From Armatimonadota bacterium (GTDB lineage: Bacteria > Armatimonadota > UBA5829 > DTLH01), in contig JBDKUN010000028.1 of the NCBI GenBank assembly GCA_039679675.1, positions 96,001 through 160,000 on the forward strand: 64,000 nucleotides of DNA. The letters are read 5' to 3'. Positions 58,459 to 64,000 of the stretch are shown here, piece by piece; within the stretch, counting starts at the first letter, position 1; each line of letters begins with the position of its first letter. The translations under genes were made by a program, and so were the position numbers. Below the pieces are notes generated by a model, which ran no database searches, was not told the origin of the DNA, and saw only the letters and a program-made list of their open reading frames with translations.

Positions 58459-59526
58459 GTGAAAGCTTTAGTGCTTAGCGGAGGCCGTGCTACCCGGCTT
58501 CGCCCTATCACCTACACGAGTGCCAAACAACTCGTTCCCGTAGCTAACAAGCCGATACTATTCTACGCACTCGAATCCATACGCGACGCCGGAATAACCG
58601 ATATCGGCATAATCGTCGGTCATACAGCCGAAGAGATAAAGGCGGCTGTGGGAAACGGCGAGAAATTCGGCGTTAACGTCACCTACATTCCCCAGGAAGC
58701 GCCGCTCGGGCTGGCCCATGCGGTCAAGATCGCACAGCCGTTCATCAAAGACGACCGCTTTGTCATGTTCCTCGGCGATAACCTGATCAAAGAAGGCATC
58801 ACCCATATAGTCCAAAAGTTCCGCGAAGATAAAGACGCTGACGCCCACATTATGCTTGCAAAAGTCAAAAACCCGCAGGAATTCGGCGTTGCAGAGCTTA
58901 ATGGAGACAGAGTCCTCAGGCTGGTCGAAAAGCCCAAAGAGCCTAAATCGGACCTGGCGCTCGTCGGGGTATATCTCTTCGACAGCAAAATTTTCGAAGC
59001 GATAAATGCGATCAAGCCTTCAGCCAGAGGCGAGCTTGAGATCACCGATGCCATCCAGTACTTGATAGAAAAAGACTACATTGTCCGCCATTATCTTATA
59101 ACAGGATGGTGGAAGGATACCGGAAAGCTGGAGGATATGCTCGAGGCCAACCGGCTGGTGCTGGAATCGATTGAACCCAAGATTGAGGGCTCTGTGGACG
59201 AAGCATCGACGATTTACGGCCGGGTCGTGGTCGAAAAGGGCGCGCAGGTGGTCGGAAGTGTGGTCCGGGGACCTGCGATCATCGGACAGGGATGCCATAT
59301 TGAAAATTCATATGTTGGCCCGTTTACTTCTGTCTGTAATCGGGTGACTATAACGTCGAGCGAAGTCGAGCACAGCATCATCCTCGAAGACAGCTGCATA
59401 AAGGGCATCGGCGCGAGGATCGAAGACAGCCTGATCGGAAAGAACGTGACGGTTTCAAAAGACAACGGCAAACCGAAAGCCTACCGGTTAATGCTCGGCG
59501 ATAACAGCAACGTAAGTGTAATTTAA
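58459..59526 (+). CDS. rmlA: glucose-1-phosphate thymidylyltransferase (long form)
   Basis: TRLRPIT..KQLVPVANKP, EKP, RGELEITD, WWKDTG. Confidence 0.93.
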   Translation: MKALVLSGGRATRLRPITYTSAKQLVPVANKPILFYALESIRDAGITDIGIIVGHTAEEIKAAVGNGEKFGVNVTYIPQEAPLGLAHAVKIAQPFIKDDRFVMFLGDNLIKEGITHIVQKFREDKDADAHIMLAKVKNPQEFGVAELNGDRVLRLVEKPKEPKSDLALVGVYLFDSKIFEAINAIKPSARGELEITDAIQYLIEKDYIVRHYLITGWWKDTGKLEDMLEANRLVLESIEPKIEGSVDEASTIYGRVVVEKGAQVVGSVVRGPAIIGQGCHIENSYVGPFTSVCNRVTITSSEVEHSIILEDSCIKGIGARIEDSLIGKNVTVSKDNGKPKAYRLMLGDNSNVSVI

Positions 59527-59541
59527 TCATGGGAGCTATAT

Positions 59542-59997
59542 ATGATTGATGGAGTCGAGATCAAACAGCTTAAAAGGCATGCTGACGAACGCGGATATCT
59601 GATGGAAATGCTCAGGTCGGACGATGATATATTCGAAGTGTTCGGCCAGACCTATATATCCATGAACTATCCCGGAGTCATCCGAGCGTGGCATTACCAC
59701 AAAGAGCAGACCGATTTGTGGGTATGCGTGAAGGGAATGATCAAGGTCGGACTGTACGACGCCAGAGAGGGTTCGCCCACGCATGGTCAGGCTCAGGCTG
59801 TCTATATGGGGGATAACAACAGTGTTCTGCTGAAGATACCTGTAGGAGTCTACCATGGGTATAAAACGGTCGGTGTAGAGCCGTCGCTTCTGATAAACTT
59901 CCCGACAAAGACGTATAACCGGGAGCACCCGGACGAATACCGCGCTCCGTTCGACACTCCAGAGATCCCGTTCGACTGGGACATAAAGTTTTTGTAG
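59542..59997 (+). CDS. rmlC: dTDP-4-dehydrorhamnose 3,5-epimerase family
   Basis: DERG, RAWHYH, GVYHG cupin. Confidence 0.88.
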   Translation: MIDGVEIKQLKRHADERGYLMEMLRSDDDIFEVFGQTYISMNYPGVIRAWHYHKEQTDLWVCVKGMIKVGLYDAREGSPTHGQAQAVYMGDNNSVLLKIPVGVYHGYKTVGVEPSLLINFPTKTYNREHPDEYRAPFDTPEIPFDWDIKFL

Positions 59998-60018
59998 GGA
60001 AGGATTTAGGAGCTATTA

Positions 60019-61023
60019 ATGAAACGAATGCTCGTGACCGGCGGGGCCGGTTTTATAGGAAGCAATTACGTAAGATACGCGCTGAACAAATATCCTGATT
60101 ATCAGATTACGGTGCTGGATGCGCTTACGTATGCGGGAAACCTCGATAACCTGGCCGATCTTTCCGGGCCGAGGATGGATTTCATCAAGGGAGACATCAG
60201 AAACAGGGAAGATGTTGACGGCCCTGTGCATGACGCCGATCTGGTCGTGAACTTCGCTGCGGAGTCATTCGTAGACCGGTCGATCCTTGAGCCGGATTCG
60301 TTCATCACGACTGATGTGCTCGGCACTCACGTTCTCCTCGAAGCTGCGAGAAAGCACGGAGTAGAGCGGTTCCTGCATGTATCTACGGATGAGGTCTACG
60401 GCGACGTAGCTGAGGGATCGTCGCCCGAAACCGCTCCTATCCGCCCGAACAGCCCATATTCTGCCAGCAAGGCCGGCGGCGACATTCTGGCCAGGTCATA
60501 CTTCGTGACCTATGGCCTTCCAGTGGTCATCACCCGCGGGTCGAATACCTACGGCCCGTATCAGCACCCGGAAAAACTCATCCCGCTCTTCATATCAAAT
60601 GCAATCGACAACAAGCAACTGCCTGTCTATGGAGACGGCAAGCAAGTCCGGGACTGGCTGCACGTTATGGACCACTGCCTGGGAATTGATACAGTGCTCC
60701 ACAACGGCGTTCTGGGAGAGGCCTATAATGTCGGCGGTGGAAACGAGCGGACGAATATGGAGATCACGAGCCTCATCCTGAAGTATCTGGACAAGCCCGC
60801 AAGCCTCATCAAATATGTGGCAGACCGCCCCGGACACGACAGAAGATACTCAGTAGATACAGCAAAGCTCCGCGGAATCGGCTGGAAGCCCCAGCACCCG
60901 TTTGAGGAAGGGTTGAAAGAGACCGTAGAGTGGTACCGCGACAACCAGGCCTGGTGGAGAAAAGCCAAAGAGCAAAAAGAGTATCAGCGCTTCTCCGAAG
61001 AGTGGTATGAGAAGCGGAAATAG
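60019..61023 (+). CDS. rmlB: dTDP-glucose 4,6-dehydratase
   Basis: TGGAGFIGSN, STDEVYG, YSASK, DRPGHDRRY. Confidence 0.96.
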   Translation: MKRMLVTGGAGFIGSNYVRYALNKYPDYQITVLDALTYAGNLDNLADLSGPRMDFIKGDIRNREDVDGPVHDADLVVNFAAESFVDRSILEPDSFITTDVLGTHVLLEAARKHGVERFLHVSTDEVYGDVAEGSSPETAPIRPNSPYSASKAGGDILARSYFVTYGLPVVITRGSNTYGPYQHPEKLIPLFISNAIDNKQLPVYGDGKQVRDWLHVMDHCLGIDTVLHNGVLGEAYNVGGGNERTNMEITSLILKYLDKPASLIKYVADRPGHDRRYSVDTAKLRGIGWKPQHPFEEGLKETVEWYRDNQAWWRKAKEQKEYQRFSEEWYEKRK

Positions 61024-61030
61024 CTGACAG

Positions 61031-62002
61031 CTATCGGCTTAATTTCTTCCGAATCGCCATAATCGCATTGTATAATACCGGCGACAGCTTAAAGAGGCGT
61101 AAACTTATCCTTTTGCACCGGCTGAGGGCCGGGTTGCTCAGGAATTGCGAGTAATTGCGGCAGAACTCTTCATTTAGCCTTGATGCGCACTTTTGCGACT
61201 GTGGATTCGCTTTGGCCTGACAGTAAAATTTCATCAACAAGGAAGCATAAGAGCATTCTGTCAGGTCTGCCAATTCCGTCAGTCCATTGGATTTATAAAA
61301 TTCAATCCGTTCCTGAAAAGCCCGCAGGGCAACCAGTCTCTTTTCAGAGAACGGAGCCTGCATAATGCTGCCGGACGTTTGCCTGTAGTAATAAAGCTCC
61401 CTCTCAATAGCCGCGATCCTTTTCGCTCGATATATCAGTTTGTGCGTCACAAATTCATCCTCATGGATGAACCCTGGAGGGAATTCTATGTCAGAGAACA
61501 GATGACGCCGGTATAGTTTGTTTACGCAGACAGTAGCCTGCCCGCATCTGGGAGTGAAATAGTTGTGCAAATACTCTATATTCGTGCTGCAGCTGGTCTC
61601 ACCGGCGCTCCCCGGCTTAATATCCTCCTCGCGGTCAAAACATAGAAACTGACACACAGCTATATCCGCGTCATTCTCCTCCATAGCTCTATAAAGTGCG
61701 GCATACATATCGCTATCTATGATGTCGTCACTGTCTACGAAACCGATATAATCACCCGCAGCGTGCCTCAGGCCAGTATTTCTCGCAGCCGATAGCCCGC
61801 CGTTCTCCTGATGTATGACCTTAACTCTACTATCTGCCAGAGAATAGCCGTCACATATCTGCCCGCAACTGTCTGGCGAACCGTCGTCTACGAGTATAAC
61901 CTCAAGCTGGGTATAAGTCTGCGCCAATACAGAATCGACACATCGCCTCAAATAGGGTTCGACATTGTAAACTGGAATAATGACTGAGATTAATGGAGCC
62001 AT
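61031..62002 (-). CDS. glycosyltransferase family 2
   Basis: ISVIIPVYNVE, DDGSPD, GLSAARN, FVDSDD, HEDE. Confidence 0.92.
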   Translation of the reverse strand: MAPLISVIIPVYNVEPYLRRCVDSVLAQTYTQLEVILVDDGSPDSCGQICDGYSLADSRVKVIHQENGGLSAARNTGLRHAAGDYIGFVDSDDIIDSDMYAALYRAMEENDADIAVCQFLCFDREEDIKPGSAGETSCSTNIEYLHNYFTPRCGQATVCVNKLYRRHLFSDIEFPPGFIHEDEFVTHKLIYRAKRIAAIERELYYYRQTSGSIMQAPFSEKRLVALRAFQERIEFYKSNGLTELADLTECSYASLLMKFYCQAKANPQSQKCASRLNEEFCRNYSQFLSNPALSRCKRISLRLFKLSPVLYNAIMAIRKKLSR

Positions 62003-62189
62003 AGAAGTAATACCATTTCCACAGCAGGTGTAATTTTAATTCAAGCTGCCGGGCTAGAATAATCTTACCATATCGCTTGTTCGATTGCTATGACCGTGCT
62101 GTGTTCAGTGAAAATTGGTAAGCCCGTAGAACAGATTAGGACATAAATTTCGGGCGCAAATTTCCCCATGGTAATGTTTCCCAACCCTA

Positions 62190-62242
62190 TTGACGCGGTA
62201 TATCTTGTGTGGTATCTTGAAACGCACCACAATATATAGTAT
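62190..62242 (+). promoter_or_regulatory. sigma70 promoter with tandem NrdR boxes
   Basis: TTGACG-17nt-TATCTT; boxes GCGGTATATCTTGTGT (62195-210) and CCACAATATATAGTAT (62227-42), 32 bp apart. Confidence 0.8.
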
Positions 62243-62264
62243 CAGAAAGGTCGTGCTGAAACAG

Positions 62265-62738
62265 GTGAAATGCCCCTACTGCGGATACCAGGAAGACAAA
62301 GTACTCGACTCCAGAAGCGTCCGCGACGGCGAAGAAGTTAAACGCAGGCGCGAATGCCTTGAGTGCGGCCGCCGGTTCACTACCTACGAGCACATAGAGG
62401 AAATGCAGGTCATGGTCATCAAAAAAGACCAGCGGCGCGAATCGTTCGACCGGAACAAGGTCCTGCGCGGTATGCGCTCCGCCTGCGAAAAGCGGCCAAT
62501 CAGCGTCGAGACTCTGGAGTCGTCAGTAGATGATATTGAGCGGGCTATCTACGACAGCGGCAGGAAGGAAATCAGCTCCGCCGAGGTCGGAGATATGGTC
62601 ATCGAGTCTTTGAGAGCGCTCGATCAGGTGGCGTATGTCCGGTTCGCATCGGTCTACTGGCAGTTCGAAAACGTTACTCAGTTCAAAGAAATTGTGGACG
62701 TGCTTGGAGGCCGCAAGCGGCGGCGGCAATCCGCATAA
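62265..62738 (+). CDS. nrdR: transcriptional repressor NrdR
   Basis: CPYC..VLDSR..RRRECLECGRRFTTYE, ATP cone, AYVRFASVY. Confidence 0.97.
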   Translation: MKCPYCGYQEDKVLDSRSVRDGEEVKRRRECLECGRRFTTYEHIEEMQVMVIKKDQRRESFDRNKVLRGMRSACEKRPISVETLESSVDDIERAIYDSGRKEISSAEVGDMVIESLRALDQVAYVRFASVYWQFENVTQFKEIVDVLGGRKRRRQSA

Positions 62739-62842
62739 AAACACCAACAGCCGTATTTACGGGACAAGGGAGTCCCAAAAACCATTAATAATATCCATTA
62801 AATTTGCAATTATAACTCAAAACGAGGTCATGGAGGATGGGA

Positions 62843-64000
62843 ATGCTGACACAAAACGCGCTGACCGTGCTTGAAAAACGGTATCTTAGGAAAAACGAAG
62901 AAGGAAAGACGGTAGAGACTCCGGAAGGTATGTTCCAGCGGGTCGCCGGGGCTATGGCCGGGGTTGAAGAGAACTACGGCAAGTCCAAATCGGAAATAGA
63001 GGCAATCAGTTCCGATTTCTACGAAATGATCTCGAACCTTGAGTTCCTGCCGAACAGCCCGACGCTCATGAACGCGGGCCGCGAACTGGGACAGCTTTCA
63101 GCCTGCTTCGTTTTGCCCATCGGCGACTCCATGGACAGTATCTTCGAGACGATCAAGCACACAGCGCTTATCCACAAGAGCGGCGGCGGCACAGGGTTTG
63201 CCTTCTCAAGGCTGCGCCCGGCGAACGATGTCGTTCAATCGACGAACGGCGTATCGAGCGGCCCCATCACCTTCATGGACGTGTTCAACTCGGCGACGGA
63301 AGCGATCAAACAGGGTGGAACAAGGCGCGGCGCAAATATGGGCTGCCTCAGGGTAGACCATCCCGACATTCTGGAGTTCATCACCTGCAAGAAGGACAAC
63401 GACCGGCTGACCAATTTCAACATATCCGTGCTTTTGACCGAGAAGTTCATGCAGGCAGCCGAGCAAGACAAGGACTACGATCTCCTGAACCCGAGGACCG
63501 GGAAAGTCGTAAAGAGCCTGTCAGCAAAGAAAGTCTTCGACCTCATCATCAACATGGCGTGGTCGAACGGCGAGCCGGGGATCATCTTCATCGACCGGAT
63601 CAACCGCGACAACCCGACGCCGCACATCGGAGAGATCGAGTCGACGAACCCCTGCGGTGAGCAGCCGCTCCTGCCTTACGAGTCGTGCAACCTCGGTTCC
63701 ATCAACCTCGCCAAGATGGTGACTGTGGATGACGGTCATCTGGCGGTCAATTACGACCGGCTGCGGGATGTAGTCCGAAACGCCGTCCGGTTTTTGGACA
63801 ACGTAATCGACGCGAACAAGTACCCGATCAAAAAGATCGCGCAGATGACGAGAGGCAACCGAAAGATCGGGCTCGGCGTGATGGGTTTTGCTGACCTCTT
63901 GATCCAGCTCGGCATCCCGTACGACAGTGAAGAGGGAATCCACACAGCGGAACAGGTAATGAGCTTCATCTCCGAAGAAGCGAGAAGGATGTCCACCGAA
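62843..64000 (+). CDS. nrdJ: class II (B12-dependent) ribonucleotide reductase, partial
   Basis: [44 protein letters not shown]; runs off window. Confidence 0.9.
   Translation, partial: MLTQNALTVLEKRYLRKNEEGKTVETPEGMFQRVAGAMAGVEENYGKSKSEIEAISSDFYEMISNLEFLPNSPTLMNAGRELGQLSACFVLPIGDSMDSIFETIKHTALIHKSGGGTGFAFSRLRPANDVVQSTNGVSSGPITFMDVFNSATEAIKQGGTRRGANMGCLRVDHPDILEFITCKKDNDRLTNFNISVLLTEKFMQAAEQDKDYDLLNPRTGKVVKSLSAKKVFDLIINMAWSNGEPGIIFIDRINRDNPTPHIGEIESTNPCGEQPLLPYESCNLGSINLAKMVTVDDGHLAVNYDRLRDVVRNAVRFLDNVIDANKYPIKKIAQMTRGNRKIGLGVMGFADLLIQLGIPYDSEEGIHTAEQVMSFISEEARRMSTE

Noticed and set aside
62843..64000. Intein or intron in nrdJ
   Set aside because: Conserved motifs are contiguous in the visible portion
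1..64000. CRISPR array, tRNA, rRNA, integron attC array, prophage
   Set aside because: No regularly spaced direct repeats, cloverleafs, integrase or phage genes seen; the repeats found are dispersed and lack clear attC GTTRRRY ends

Overview
This is a bacterial chromosomal window, probably from an anaerobic Armatimonadota organism. That is inferred from a DUF1559 prepilin-type/H-X9-DG protein, a lineage-typical C-terminal domain, outer-membrane genes and a Gram-positive-type LexA box. The backbone is hdrC-hdrB-hdrA-flxD(mvhD)-flxC-flxB-flxA, thiL-nudF-secA, pyrK-pyrD-pyrF, trxB, fused ahbAB, yyaL, rsgA, uvrA, uvrC, an ECF sigma/anti-sigma/HtrA-like operon, a glycosyltransferase/rmlACB cluster and nrdR-nrdJ (partial). 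The most interesting layer is intergenic. (1) An inverted-repeat element family (ends TTYTGAAYCGCG) mostly sits just after stop codons, and one copy still holds an internally deleted GxxExxY nuclease gene. (2) There are also 7-nt-periodic GCTGAnn arrays, CGTC- and GTAG-type REPs and an intact RAYT with its REP pair. (3) AT-rich orphan genes are interleaved in conserved operons next to these repeats. Other highlights: a leader peptide plus nested hairpin upstream of rsgA, an HtrA lacking the catalytic His and fused to an STN-like domain, trxB with no canonical in-frame start, and an Rx4H (HEPN-like) gene downstream of the LexA-boxed uvrA. No rRNA, tRNA or CRISPR array was seen. All calls come from motif recognition by eye; no searches were run.
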